DNA from: an uncultured virus (IMG/VR IMGVR_UViG_2684622675_000002) | Lineage: Duplodnaviria; Heunggongvirae; Uroviricota; Caudoviricetes | IMG/VR virus record: IMGVR_UViG_2684622675_000002 | Location: 1 to 64,000 of that record | DNA: 64,000 bases | Direction: 5' to 3' (one strand) | Part shown: one piece after another, positions 18,907 to 29,480 of the stretch | Layout: every line of letters begins with the position of its first letter | Position numbering within the stretch: position 1 is the stretch's first letter | The notes under the pieces: generated by a model | Seen by the model: only the letters and a program-made list of their open reading frames with translations | Database searches by the model: none | What the model was told of the DNA's origin: nothing | Translations under genes and position numbers: made by a program

Positions 18907-19191
18907 TCAAACGCGCTTGCCAGCTTCACTGTAAGCTTCTTCACGATCCCGTTTACCCACGGCTACCACAAAGACGGTGATTTTTTCGTCTTGAACCTGA
19001 TAAATCAGACGGTATCCGGCGCTGCGTAGCTTTATTTTGTAGCAATCAGGTAAGTCGCGCAGTTTATTGGCTTCAACACGCGGATTTTTAATGACTTCGA
19101 GTAGCTTTTTCTTAAATTGCTGACGTACGGTATCGCCGAGTTTGTGCCATTCCTTTAGCGCCCGGCGATCAAAATCAAGATTATAAGTCAT
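18907..19191 (-). CDS. relE: RelE/StbE family toxin
   Basis: ALKEW.KL...YKIKLRSAGYRLIYQV...VGKR. Confidence 0.93.
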   Translation of the reverse strand: MTYNLDFDRRALKEWHKLGDTVRQQFKKKLLEVIKNPRVEANKLRDLPDCYKIKLRSAGYRLIYQVQDEKITVFVVAVGKRDREEAYSEAGKRV

Positions 19192-19420
19192 CCAGTGACA
19201 CCCTGACTGGTTGCGGATTGGCTAAACGTTCTCTGACTACGGCAACCAGAGCTTGATCTTCATCGGTCAACAACACTGATTTAAAGGGCAACTTGCCACT
19301 TTGAGCCACGTACTCCAGTGTCTGGCGCAGTAAATCAGAGGGGGTGACGCCCAGTTTTTCCAGTACCGCATAAGAACGATCTTTTAAGTCATCATCGATG
19401 CGAATATTAATGTTACCCAT
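19181..19420 (-). CDS. relB: RelB/DinJ family antitoxin
   Basis: INIRIDDDLKDRSYAVLEKLGVTPS RHH domain; overlaps toxin. Confidence 0.93.
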   Translation of the reverse strand: MGNINIRIDDDLKDRSYAVLEKLGVTPSDLLRQTLEYVAQSGKLPFKSVLLTDEDQALVAVVRERLANPQPVRVSLDDL

Positions 19421-19436
19421 ATTTGAACCTCATTAG

Positions 19437-19458
19437 TGTAATGACGAATGTGATTACA
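19437..19458. promoter_or_regulatory. relO-like operator
   Basis: TGTAAT-N10-ATTACA inverted repeat just upstream of relB. Confidence 0.6.
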
Positions 19459-19545
19459 ATTGTCATTTTGTCCCTATTGAATAAAAAGTGCAAGGGAATA
19501 ATGGCGATAAATTACCCTAATAAGGCGTGATAACAGGATCACCAC

Positions 19546-21189
19546 ATGAGCGATATTCTCGAATGGGAAAATCTGGATTTCCCGTCGCGTGTCGCCTTGA
19601 AATCCCGATCGGAAAAATCATTTCTTAATTTCACTCGCATATGGTTTGAGCTGTTGCAGAGTGACCGACTATTGGTGAACTGGCATCATAAAATGATGGC
19701 CTCCAAGTTGGATGATTTGGTCAATAACCGGCTGCAACCGCGTAACTTGATTGTGAATGTGCCGCCGGGGGGGACTAAAACCGAGTTTATTTCGGTTCAT
19801 CTACCGGCCTATATCAACATGTTGGTGCAGACTGGCCTGTTACGGCGCTTTCGTAATCTCAATGTGTCGTTTGCCGATACGCTGGTAAAACGCAATAGCC
19901 GCCGCACCCGCGATATTATCGCCAGCCCTGAGTATCAATCACTGTGGCCTTGCCGCTTTGGTGTGAATCAGGCTGAGGAGTGGGAAATTGTTAATAGTCG
20001 TGGACGGATGGTGGGGCAAACAGTTTCCCGCTCCAGCGGCGGGCAATTAACTGGCGGTCGTGCGGGTTTCCCCGGCCCTGATTTTTCCGGTTTTGTCGGG
20101 CTTGATGATTACAACAAACCCGAAGATATGTTTTCGGCCACCAAACGGGCCAGCGCTAACCGTATCTTGGTGAACACTATCCGCTCACGGCGCGGTGATA
20201 AGAGCAAAGAGCATCCAACCCCGTTTGTTTCTATCCAGCAACGGCTTCATACCGATGACGCTACCGGATTTATGCTGTCCGGTAAGATGGGGGTGGATTT
20301 TCATCACATCACCATTCCGGCGTTGGTGAGTGAAGAATATATCGATGCGTTACCGGAGCCGTGGCGCTCACAGTGCTGGTTCTCGGTTAAAAATAGTGAA
20401 AGCGTGGTGGTCGGCGGGGTGCGTTATTGGTCTTACTGGCCGGTAAACGAATATGTCGGTGATCTGCTGCGGTTGTGGGAAAGCGACGAATACACTTTCA
20501 TGTCGCAATATATGCAGCGCCCACGCGCACTGACCGGTGGGTTAATTGATACAGACTGGTTCAAACGTTACACCCATTTACCGCCGCTGACTCACCGGGC
20601 GGTTTATGTCGATACCAACTCTGGCAAAATTGAAGATTACAATGATTACACCGTCTTTACCCTGGTGGGGATGGGTGTTGATGGCAATCTCTACATTATC
20701 GATAGCGTACGTGGGCGGTGGGACCCGGAAGACTTACTGACCACTGCCCAAGACTTATGGGAGAAATGGCGGCCGTATAATCCAAAACGCCCTGCGCCAT
20801 TACGCCATATGGGCATCGAGGATAAGCAGGCTGGGCAAGGTCTGATTACCACGCTGGTAAAACGTAAAAGCATTCCCATCCTAACCATCCCGCGCGGCTC
20901 AGGCCAAAACAAGCTGATCCGCTGCCTGAATACTATTCCGCAAATGAAAACTGGCTGCGTCTATATTCCGGCACTGATGACCGACGACGGTCAAAAAATC
21001 CCGCAGGTGTATTACTGGGATGGCGCGGTTGCCGCCTCGACTGATTGGGTTGTGCCTACATTGACCGAATGCGCTGACTTCTCGGCTGATGATAGCCATA
21101 AAAACGACGATATTCTCGACACAATCATGGATTCGATAGAGATCGAATTAATTGCTGGTGGCAGCATCAGTTATGACAAGTGGGTTTAA
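19546..21189 (+). CDS. terL: Terminase large subunit
   Basis: Walker A-like VPPGGTKT, LDD, QQRLH, SQYMQRP; C-terminal DDILD nuclease motif. Confidence 0.92.
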   Translation: MSDILEWENLDFPSRVALKSRSEKSFLNFTRIWFELLQSDRLLVNWHHKMMASKLDDLVNNRLQPRNLIVNVPPGGTKTEFISVHLPAYINMLVQTGLLRRFRNLNVSFADTLVKRNSRRTRDIIASPEYQSLWPCRFGVNQAEEWEIVNSRGRMVGQTVSRSSGGQLTGGRAGFPGPDFSGFVGLDDYNKPEDMFSATKRASANRILVNTIRSRRGDKSKEHPTPFVSIQQRLHTDDATGFMLSGKMGVDFHHITIPALVSEEYIDALPEPWRSQCWFSVKNSESVVVGGVRYWSYWPVNEYVGDLLRLWESDEYTFMSQYMQRPRALTGGLIDTDWFKRYTHLPPLTHRAVYVDTNSGKIEDYNDYTVFTLVGMGVDGNLYIIDSVRGRWDPEDLLTTAQDLWEKWRPYNPKRPAPLRHMGIEDKQAGQGLITTLVKRKSIPILTIPRGSGQNKLIRCLNTIPQMKTGCVYIPALMTDDGQKIPQVYYWDGAVAASTDWVVPTLTECADFSADDSHKNDDILDTIMDSIEIELIAGGSISYDKWV

Positions 21190-21191
21190 CG

Positions 21192-22577
21192 ATGAGTGAA
21201 AAACTGGATTTTGGCGGTAAACCCCGGATTCGCCTGACTGCTGATGGTTTATCGAATGTCATGACGGGGATGGGAACAGACCGCGACAGGCGTATGTATA
21301 GCCGCTTTATGTATGGTGCGATGCAAGATTTTGCCGAGCTGGAGGCGGCTTATACCGAAAACTGGATTGCCCGGTCAATTATTGATATTCCGGTTGATGA
21401 TGCAACGCGTGAATGGCGGTCATTTCCTTCGGATGATGCCACGGCTCTGCGCAATGCTGAGAACCATTTTAATATTCAAGGGATAACTCAAGAGTCCTTT
21501 AAATGGGCTGGGTTGTATGGCGGGGCGGGAGTATTGATGCTGACCGATCAGGATCTGTCTCATGAGTTGGAATTGAAGAATATCAAGAAAGACTCACTTA
21601 AACGCTTATTGGTTCTGGATCGCATGTTGGTCAACGGGCAGGAATACAACGTTTCTAACCCGTTGGCTGAGAACTTTATGCAGCCGGAATACTATTTAGT
21701 TAATGGTGGTCAGCAAAAAATTCATTTCAGCCATTTTGTGCGCGCACCGGGCGCAGCTTTGCCCATGCGCTTACGCATGATTAACGGCGGTTGGGATGAT
21801 AGCCGCTTGAGACGCTGCCTTGAAGATGTGAAAGATGCGGTCGCTGCCAAAGGGGGGATTTCCTCACTGATCCTGGAAGCGAATATCGACACCATCAGCA
21901 AAGAAAATTTAGCCACTGATTTAGCTTCTGGCGATATGGATGAAGCCATAGCCAAACGCTATAACACTTTTGGCATGATGAAATCGCTATTTCGACTGGC
22001 GTTGCTGGATTCCAAAGAGACCCTTGATCGCAAGCAAATCTCATTCGGCGGTTTGGGCGAAGTGTTGGCGGTGCTAATGGAGTGGACGGCTGGCGCATCT
22101 GGTATTCCGATGACACGCATATTTGGTGTGCAAGCCAAAGGAATGGGGGATTCGGGACAGGGTGACCAGAACAATTATTTCAATACCATCAAAGGGGATC
22201 AGGAAGCTAAATACCGTCCATTTCTGAAAAAATTGGATGAGGTATTGGTGCGTTCAACATTAGGCACCATGCCCGATGGTCTGGACTTTACCTTTGCGCC
22301 ACTGTCGCAACCGACTGATACCGAGATATCTGCCCAGCGACTGGCTGATGCACAGGCTGATGATATTCGCCTGAATCAAAAGGTGGTATTGCCATCACAG
22401 GTGGCCCGTAAGCTGATGGAGCAAGGCGTTTATGGTATTCAAGAAGATGACATCACCCGACTTGAAGACGACGAATCCGCCGAACGGCAAGGTGATTATC
22501 AATTCAGGCTTGGCGACACTCCAGGCGATGATAAAAAACCAGCCACCACGCAGGAGGGCACAACTCAGGCCAGTTAA
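21192..22577 (+). CDS. Portal protein (DUF1073-like)
   Basis: GIPMTRIFG...GM motif; follows terL. Confidence 0.88.
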   Translation: MSEKLDFGGKPRIRLTADGLSNVMTGMGTDRDRRMYSRFMYGAMQDFAELEAAYTENWIARSIIDIPVDDATREWRSFPSDDATALRNAENHFNIQGITQESFKWAGLYGGAGVLMLTDQDLSHELELKNIKKDSLKRLLVLDRMLVNGQEYNVSNPLAENFMQPEYYLVNGGQQKIHFSHFVRAPGAALPMRLRMINGGWDDSRLRRCLEDVKDAVAAKGGISSLILEANIDTISKENLATDLASGDMDEAIAKRYNTFGMMKSLFRLALLDSKETLDRKQISFGGLGEVLAVLMEWTAGASGIPMTRIFGVQAKGMGDSGQGDQNNYFNTIKGDQEAKYRPFLKKLDEVLVRSTLGTMPDGLDFTFAPLSQPTDTEISAQRLADAQADDIRLNQKVVLPSQVARKLMEQGVYGIQEDDITRLEDDESAERQGDYQFRLGDTPGDDKKPATTQEGTTQAS

Positions 22578-23385
22578 ACAGACGGATGAAACCGAGCGCT
22601 ACTATCGTGCTCAGTTGCGCGAGATGGTGCGATTGATGGCTCAGTCCGTCGATGAGGTATTAACACCAGTTCTGCGGCGTAATTACACGGCTGATAGTTA
22701 TTTGGTCGATATCATTAAAGAGTCAATCAGACAGGCTGCCGACAAATTTAATAGTTCAGTGATGGGCCGTCAGGCCGACCGACTAGCCCAGCGAGTGGTT
22801 AGTCGTGCGGAATCCGAAAGTTCAGCGGCGTTTGTTGAGCAAATCAATCGCGCTATCGGTATTGATATGACCTCACTTATGGTTAATGAGTCATTAGTGG
22901 ATTATTTCGATGCCTCGGTCGAAAGCAATGTTGCCCTGATTAAATCGCTGTCCTTTGATTATTTCGATGATATTCAGCGGGAAGTGATGGATAGCATTAT
23001 GCGTGGTGACTCGCTCACGACAATGGTCAGAAATATCCAACAAGTAACCGGGGCGACTTATCAACGGGCGCATCTTATTTCTCGTGACCAAACAGCCAAA
23101 ATTCGTAGTGATATCACCCACACTCGTCAGGTGGGCGCGGGGATTGACCGTTTCCGCTGGTCTACCTCACAAGATGTTCGGGTATCCGGTAACCCAGCAG
23201 GTAAATATCCGCGGGCTAAAATCAAATGCTTTGAGATTTCTCGCGTCAATGTGGGTTATGGAGCGGGCATTTATCTTTGGTCACGAGGGGCGGCTTATAA
23301 CGGTGAAACAGGACTACTCCCCGGCAGAGCCCATATCGGTTGCCGCTGTCATGCTATACCCCAAATAAAGGGGCTTGATTACTAA
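22528..23385 (+). CDS. Minor head morphogenesis protein (SPP1 gp7/Mu F-like)
   Basis: RA.LISRDQT, W.TS.D.RV, PG...CRC. Confidence 0.88.
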   Translation: MIKNQPPRRRAQLRPVKQTDETERYYRAQLREMVRLMAQSVDEVLTPVLRRNYTADSYLVDIIKESIRQAADKFNSSVMGRQADRLAQRVVSRAESESSAAFVEQINRAIGIDMTSLMVNESLVDYFDASVESNVALIKSLSFDYFDDIQREVMDSIMRGDSLTTMVRNIQQVTGATYQRAHLISRDQTAKIRSDITHTRQVGAGIDRFRWSTSQDVRVSGNPAGKYPRAKIKCFEISRVNVGYGAGIYLWSRGAAYNGETGLLPGRAHIGCRCHAIPQIKGLDY

Positions 23386-23396
23386 CAGGATTTATT

Positions 23397-24596
23397 ATGC
23401 GGATCACCGTTCGTGACCGCGTGTCCTTTCCGATTAACTCCCAACGAGAAATCACCCCTGAGGGCTATTTAAAAGTCCCCGGGCGGGTTGCGCGCGTCGG
23501 TGTGCAGCAATATCTCGCCTCTGAACTGGGATTAACCGACAGGCCACCCGGTCAAATCGTCAATGTTTACCGACCACCTGCGGAGGTGTTTGATCCGAAC
23601 AGTCTGGCCAGTTATGACAATAAAGATGTCACCATTGATCATCCTGATGACTTGGTGAATGCCCAAACGTTTAAACAGGTCACCGCCGGGCATGCGATTT
23701 CGCCGGGACGACAGGATACCGATGACCCGGACTATGTGGTGGTTGATCTTCTGATAAAAGATCAATACGCCATTGATGCCATCAACCAAGATAAAGAGGA
23801 ATTATCCGCCGGCTACACCTCCGAATATCGCTATGCACCCAGTATCGCCCCCTGTGGTACTGCCTACGAATTTATTCAATGCACCATCACCATCAACCAT
23901 ATCGCACTGTGTGATCAGGCCAGAGCCGGACACATGGCGCGGTTATTTGACCGTAAACCCAAGGGAGTAAACCCCATGTATAAAGTTGTGCTGGATTCCG
24001 GCGTGCGTATCGAGGTGGCTGATGAGGCTACCCAGCAGCTGATCCAATCTTCTATGGATTCGTTAAACAAGCGTGTGACGGATGCGGAACAAGGGCAGGA
24101 AAAAGCCGAAGCTGCCAAAGATGAAGCAGAACAGAAGCTGCAAGAAGCAGAAGCAAAGACCGATGCAAAAGATGAAGAAATTGAACAGCTAAAAGAAAAA
24201 TCTTCTGAGGATTCGATTGCTAAACAATTGGCTGATGTTGTCGCGGCTCGTGATTCCGCTATCAAAATTGCAGGTACAGATTTTACCTGTGACTCCGTAG
24301 TCCCCCTGAAAATCAAACGTGCCGCGCTGGATAGCGCTGGTATCAAATGCCGCAAATATACCTCATGGGATAAAGCGCCAGATACTTACGTATCAGCTTA
24401 TTTCGATGCGGAAGAAGAGCGTCGGGAAAATGAGGATGACGATGATCCTGACGATAAAAATGACGTGAATGACTCCATCATCAATTTGGGCCGCGATATG
24501 AAGAAAGTTAAAACGGGTGATGCGCAAAACACCCGTGACAGCGTTCGTCAGAGCTGGTTAGACAAGCGCTATGGCAAACAACCGGAGAATAAATAA
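23397..24596 (+). CDS. DUF2213 protein (prohead protease/scaffold)
   Basis: TPEGYL, ELSAGY, NHIALC..ARAG; coiled C-terminus. Confidence 0.88.
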   Translation: MRITVRDRVSFPINSQREITPEGYLKVPGRVARVGVQQYLASELGLTDRPPGQIVNVYRPPAEVFDPNSLASYDNKDVTIDHPDDLVNAQTFKQVTAGHAISPGRQDTDDPDYVVVDLLIKDQYAIDAINQDKEELSAGYTSEYRYAPSIAPCGTAYEFIQCTITINHIALCDQARAGHMARLFDRKPKGVNPMYKVVLDSGVRIEVADEATQQLIQSSMDSLNKRVTDAEQGQEKAEAAKDEAEQKLQEAEAKTDAKDEEIEQLKEKSSEDSIAKQLADVVAARDSAIKIAGTDFTCDSVVPLKIKRAALDSAGIKCRKYTSWDKAPDTYVSAYFDAEEERRENEDDDDPDDKNDVNDSIINLGRDMKKVKTGDAQNTRDSVRQSWLDKRYGKQPENK

Positions 24597-25117
24597 TGGC
24601 TATTGCTCAGAGTGAATTTACTAAGTGGCGCGGCAAGGCTTACGAGGGACAAATTTCAACTACTGATGTTTGTGAAGTGGTATCCCGCCGGGTGGAAGCA
24701 AAAATACTGCCTTTTGGTCGAGCCGCTATCCGTGGTGTTGGGGCGCGCTCTTGTGCCCCAGTAACACCAGATACCACCGCCGCACAAATCATCGGATTCA
24801 GCGTCCGTTCAATGGCGGTATTTAGTAACAGTGTACCTACCAATCCACCAGATTATGAAGTGGGCTATGACGTTGATCATGTGGCGTCGTTACTGCGGCG
24901 TGGGCCGATGTTCGCTTTGTGTGTCGATGGTGCCAACGCAGGTGACTCAGTCACAGTAATTACGGCATTAGGGGTAAATCAGGGCCGATTAACTACCGGT
25001 GGTTCTGGAGTTGAATTGGATTTTGTCCGCTGGATTGATGATGTTGTCGCAGGTGAAGTGGGCGAAATTCGCGTTGATGGCATTTTAGCGTCAACGCCGG
25101 CTGCTGGCGGCGAATAA
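24596..25117 (+). CDS. Head decoration/cement protein
   Basis: Position between scaffold and capsid genes. Confidence 0.7.
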   Translation: MAIAQSEFTKWRGKAYEGQISTTDVCEVVSRRVEAKILPFGRAAIRGVGARSCAPVTPDTTAAQIIGFSVRSMAVFSNSVPTNPPDYEVGYDVDHVASLLRRGPMFALCVDGANAGDSVTVITALGVNQGRLTTGGSGVELDFVRWIDDVVAGEVGEIRVDGILASTPAAGGE

Positions 25118-25136
25118 AATTTAAAGGAAAATATTC

Positions 25137-26072
25137 ATGAAACAAAGTGTATTTGACGTCATCCCGGTATCGGCGCTCTCTTTTTTGGTGCAACAAGCCG
25201 CGCATATTGAATCAGAAATTTACCGTCTGGAGTATCCGCAGTTTAAATACAGCACAATATTACCGCTGGATAACAGTGCACCTGACTGGGTAAAAGTGGT
25301 GGCGTTTCGCTCGATTGATGCTCGTGGTGAGTTGCAAGTATTTGGTCCGAACTCGACCGATGTACCAACCGTGGATATCGCCATGAATCAGGGCTTCCAT
25401 GAAATTAAAACTGCAGCATTGGGTTACACCTACTCCATTGAGGAAATTGGTTTTGCCATGCTCAATAACGTCAATCTGGATGCTGAACGTGGTCAGGCAG
25501 TACGTGATGTCGTTGAACAAGGTCTGAATAAGATCTACTTGTTAGGCCACAATGACATTGGTGAAGGGCTATATACCAGCTCCAATGTGGGCATTGAGGC
25601 TGCCCCGGCAACCTTGGCCGAGTTGGTCGCGGATATTCCTACCAAGGGTACTCAGCCGATCATCGATTTCTTTGGTGCTGCTTATAATCAGGTGTACTTG
25701 AAAAACACCGTCACAGTTCATCGGCCAAATGGTTTTATTCTGCCCTCGGAACAACATCAGTTACTGATGCGTACCTTGCTATCTACCCATAACGCTTCAA
25801 ACGTCACGTTGTTGGAATTCCTACGTACCAACTTCAAAGATATGGACTTCGACGATGATATCTTGCTGGCCGGTGCCGGGGCAGTGGGGAAAGATCGCCT
25901 GATGGTGTACAAAAAAGATATGCGGGTAGTGAAAGGCCATGACGTGATGCCGTTGCGTTTTCTGGCGCCAGCCACACCAGATAACGTCAATTTCAAAGTG
26001 CCAGCTATTTTGCGTACCGGTGGTACGGAATGGCGTATTCCTAAAGCAGCTCACTATGTGGATGGGGTTTAA
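25137..26072 (+). CDS. Major capsid protein (DUF2184-like)
   Basis: 311 aa; R.GG...R.P.A..Y.DG C-terminus. Confidence 0.88.
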   Translation: MKQSVFDVIPVSALSFLVQQAAHIESEIYRLEYPQFKYSTILPLDNSAPDWVKVVAFRSIDARGELQVFGPNSTDVPTVDIAMNQGFHEIKTAALGYTYSIEEIGFAMLNNVNLDAERGQAVRDVVEQGLNKIYLLGHNDIGEGLYTSSNVGIEAAPATLAELVADIPTKGTQPIIDFFGAAYNQVYLKNTVTVHRPNGFILPSEQHQLLMRTLLSTHNASNVTLLEFLRTNFKDMDFDDDILLAGAGAVGKDRLMVYKKDMRVVKGHDVMPLRFLAPATPDNVNFKVPAILRTGGTEWRIPKAAHYVDGV

Positions 26073-26074
26073 TC

Positions 26075-26455
26075 ATGTTTGAATTAACTAATTTGCATAC
26101 TTCGCCGCTGACGGTCACTGATGATAAAACCGACCAACGCATCACGATTGCTGTCGGCCATTCTGCGGTGGTGAATGGCGATTTTACCCGTCACTTATTT
26201 ACTCAGGCGGGCATGATGCGTGCCGAGCGATTCGATGAGCCACTTAATGAGCATGCTGATGATAGTGAGCTGGATATCACTGCGGTGCGTGATGAATATG
26301 AAGACTTATTCGGTAAAAAAGCCCCCTCGGCGGCTAAAGCGATAACCTTGCAAAAGGCGATTGATAGCAAAAAAAACGAGTTAGCGCACAACGATACCAC
26401 CGAGCCGGCAAACCCAGAGGATGATACCGATAACATTGATAACCCGTCCGCGTGA
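26075..26455 (+). CDS. Hypothetical structural protein
   Basis: ORF in head operon followed by a terminator hairpin. Confidence 0.65.
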   Translation: MFELTNLHTSPLTVTDDKTDQRITIAVGHSAVVNGDFTRHLFTQAGMMRAERFDEPLNEHADDSELDITAVRDEYEDLFGKKAPSAAKAITLQKAIDSKKNELAHNDTTEPANPEDDTDNIDNPSA

Positions 26456-26479
26456 CGGGTTTTTGCTTTAGGGGGCGAT

Positions 26480-26887
26480 GTGGATATTAGTGCGCAAATT
26501 GTGGCTGACTTTCGCGAGTATTACCCCGAATTCAGCGATATTACTTTGTGGGCCGAACAAACAGTCATACAGGCATTGGAGGAGGGCGACTCGGAAACGG
26601 GCAAACGTTGGCTGAAATATAATGCTCGTCCGGCATCAATCAAAAAACGCGGCTTGTTTGCTTTTGCTGCTCATCGGCTGGTGATGCGCAAAAGGGCCAT
26701 CAGTGGTGATGTCGGAGCAGCTTATGCTATCTCATCGAAATCAGTGGGGGATGAGTCGACCTCTTTTGCCGTTCCTGCAGTGACAGCAGACGATCTCAAT
26801 ATCAACGGTGACTTGCCACTGACCACCTACGGAGTGGAGTTTCTGCGATTGCGTCGCCGGGCCGGTACCGGAGGCATGATGGTATGA
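26480..26887 (+). CDS. DUF4054 head-tail adaptor
   Basis: FREYYPEF...AH.L...SKSVG..S...T.YG.EF. Confidence 0.82.
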   Translation: MDISAQIVADFREYYPEFSDITLWAEQTVIQALEEGDSETGKRWLKYNARPASIKKRGLFAFAAHRLVMRKRAISGDVGAAYAISSKSVGDESTSFAVPAVTADDLNINGDLPLTTYGVEFLRLRRRAGTGGMMV

Positions 26888-27351
26888 AATTGCGAGCTGA
26901 AGTTCGGGGTGGGAATAAACTGGCGCAGAAATTGCGTCAGATTCATGACCGAGTCACGGCAAAACGTCGAGTGCTGGTGGGGCTGCCGGAAGGTGCGGGT
27001 ATTTATGAAGATGGTGTGCCTATCGTGGTGATTGGATCGGTACAGGAATTTGGTTCCGCTGACGGGCGTATTCCCGAGCGTTCATTCCTTCGTGTACCGC
27101 TTCGCCAAAATCAGGACAATATTAAAAAAGGTTTCCGTGCACTTACTGCTCAGGTCACGCGTGGTGAGATCACTGCTTTCCAAATGCTGGATCAAATTGG
27201 TGCGCGTGCGGTGGGTTATTGCCAAGAAGCGATCGAAGCAGGTATTCAGCCCAAAAATGCTGACTCCACTGTAGCAGCTAAAGGCTCGTCAACACCGCTT
27301 ATCAGGCATGGCGATTTAAAAGGCGCAATCACTCATATTGTGGAGGATTAA
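26884..27351 (+). CDS. Neck/tail completion protein
   Basis: EFG...IPERSFLR; KGSS.PLI motif. Confidence 0.75.
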   Translation: MKLRAEVRGGNKLAQKLRQIHDRVTAKRRVLVGLPEGAGIYEDGVPIVVIGSVQEFGSADGRIPERSFLRVPLRQNQDNIKKGFRALTAQVTRGEITAFQMLDQIGARAVGYCQEAIEAGIQPKNADSTVAAKGSSTPLIRHGDLKGAITHIVED

Positions 27352-27353
27352 TC

Positions 27354-27773
27354 ATGTTCGGTAATGGTCTGGATATGCACGGGCATATTGATACCACTTT
27401 TAATTCTCCCATTGAGGGTGGCATTCGGCTGATTCGACCGGCTGCCGGTGACTATAGCAGCCCCGGCGGTATTTGGCAGCAAGGGGAACCGCAGGTCACT
27501 GAATTGCAGAAGGTGAATGTCCAATCAGCAAAATGGAAAGATATTCAAATGCTGATCGGCATGGGCGGCACGGCTAACCCGCAGGACCTACGAGTCGTGC
27601 ACATCAACGATGGTGTGCATTATCTCTGGCCCGATGACGAAGGGAAATTTAGCGATTTACTCGAATTCAGCGATGGATTAGCAATGCGACAATGGCGGGT
27701 GGCTTCCTGTGATAACCGACCTTGGCGAAGTTTTTGCCGCGCCGTAGTTGAACGCTATCGAGGAGCAGGTTAA
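27354..27773 (+). CDS. Head-tail joining protein (putative)
   Basis: Gene order. Confidence 0.6.
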   Translation: MFGNGLDMHGHIDTTFNSPIEGGIRLIRPAAGDYSSPGGIWQQGEPQVTELQKVNVQSAKWKDIQMLIGMGGTANPQDLRVVHINDGVHYLWPDDEGKFSDLLEFSDGLAMRQWRVASCDNRPWRSFCRAVVERYRGAG

Positions 27774-28333
27774 TGAAGACCATTGAAGAGATGTATCCGG
27801 TATTTCAACAATTAATTTCTCTGGCCACCTTCATCCCCCTCGACCGTGTTGTATTAGCCGACCAAGGCCGTAATCCACCGATAAGTAATCATTTATATGC
27901 CACTTATAGCCCTGTTCCGGTTCGGGCCTATGGGCAAACACGGCGTAAGCGCGAATTTATCCCGGCGATTGCTGAAACTGACCCGGAGCTAGGTGAGGAT
28001 TGGCAAGATCTACAAGAAATAGCTTGTACCTCAATGGAGTTTTTACTGTCGATTAATTTGCTGAATACCGGCGCAGCGACTGCTGCCATGCAGTTAGCCA
28101 ATGCTAATTTTATTACGCCAGTTAGCGACTATCTGTTCCGCCATAAAATCGCCTGGCGGTTCTCCAGCAACTTTCGAAATCTTACTGGCTTATTGCAAGC
28201 TGGGCTACAGCCACGCTATCAGGCTGACATCCATATATTCATTGAGAAAACCGTATCCTACGCCCTGTTAAGGGCGGCAGGGTTTGACATTCAAATTAGA
28301 GAAAGAGACTGCTCTTATGGCTTATCCGGTTGA
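27773..28333 (+). CDS. Tail terminator-like protein (putative)
   Basis: Position before sheath. Confidence 0.6.
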   Translation: MKTIEEMYPVFQQLISLATFIPLDRVVLADQGRNPPISNHLYATYSPVPVRAYGQTRRKREFIPAIAETDPELGEDWQDLQEIACTSMEFLLSINLLNTGAATAAMQLANANFITPVSDYLFRHKIAWRFSSNFRNLTGLLQAGLQPRYQADIHIFIEKTVSYALLRAAGFDIQIRERDCSYGLSG

Positions 28334-29474
28334 TAACATTATCCCCGTCAATCTTATTCTAACGGCAGCAGGGTTGGGGTACGGTGATTTTTCCAGCGCA
28401 CTGGTTTTTGCTGATCTGTCTGATTTAGTTGAGGGAAGTGAGTTTGATGCAGATTCATTCCGTGACTATGCATCATTGCCAGAACTCAGTGCTGATTTCA
28501 AAACTGACAGCCCAATTTATTACATTGCCACCCGCTACTTTTCACAAATTCCCAAGCCGCCACAAATGACCGTTTGGATGAAAAACGATGAGCATTCACT
28601 GCTGGAAATAGTCAATAGCGCCACTGATCGAATCTGGCGCTATCACTACTTTTTCAAAATTGAAGATATGATTTCCAATGAGATTATTATTCAGTTAGCT
28701 GATTGGTCAGATGCTAATAGCCATCCGATTTGGTGGACATTCAGTGATGGCGAAATTATCGATCAAAATAAAACTGATGATGTGATATCCGTACTGAAAA
28801 GCAAAGGTAACCGTCATGTGTTTGCCGGATATAAAACTACCGAGTCAGTCACTACCGACCCCACACAAGCCTATTCGATGGTGCAGTTAGCCGCAGCATT
28901 CCATAAATTCAGACCAACAGGTTTAAATACCGCTATTACCGGTGAGTATCAGGTGTTACCCGGTGTTATTGGCGATGATATGGCGACCAGTGCTTATAAT
29001 GCCTTAAAAGCCAAGAACGCCGTGTTTTTTACCAAAATAGAATTGGCCGGTCAGATTGATAACAGCAGGGTGATTAATAGCAAATCTATGTCATCTTACG
29101 GCGAATTTATTGATGATGTGATTAATCTGGATGTACTGAAAAACCACATTCAGGTAGATGGCTACAACTATATTGCTAACGTTGGCACTAAGCGTGCGTT
29201 GACACCACGAGACTATGACGGGTTGCTATCGACGGTGGCTGCGACTTGTAAGCGTTTTTTCAATAATGGTGTGCTCGGTACCGGCTCTTATGTTGATCCC
29301 GATGATGGCGTTACAAAAGTGGCTGATTTTGGCTTTGTTATCCGTTCCCGCCCAGAAGATGTGCTTTCTTTGACCTCAGACCAACGCAAAAAACGTGTTT
29401 ACCCGTTAACTACTCTTTTAGTGATTTTAGGCCGTGCTGGCCATATTGCTGAAATTAATGCCACCGTGGAGTAA
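28317..29474 (+). CDS. Tail sheath protein (DUF3383-like)
   Basis: YFSQIPKP, FIDDVINLD, NGVL, QR..R..P motifs. Confidence 0.8.
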   Translation: MAYPVDNIIPVNLILTAAGLGYGDFSSALVFADLSDLVEGSEFDADSFRDYASLPELSADFKTDSPIYYIATRYFSQIPKPPQMTVWMKNDEHSLLEIVNSATDRIWRYHYFFKIEDMISNEIIIQLADWSDANSHPIWWTFSDGEIIDQNKTDDVISVLKSKGNRHVFAGYKTTESVTTDPTQAYSMVQLAAAFHKFRPTGLNTAITGEYQVLPGVIGDDMATSAYNALKAKNAVFFTKIELAGQIDNSRVINSKSMSSYGEFIDDVINLDVLKNHIQVDGYNYIANVGTKRALTPRDYDGLLSTVAATCKRFFNNGVLGTGSYVDPDDGVTKVADFGFVIRSRPEDVLSLTSDQRKKRVYPLTTLLVILGRAGHIAEINATVE

Positions 29475-29480
29475 TCCCTT

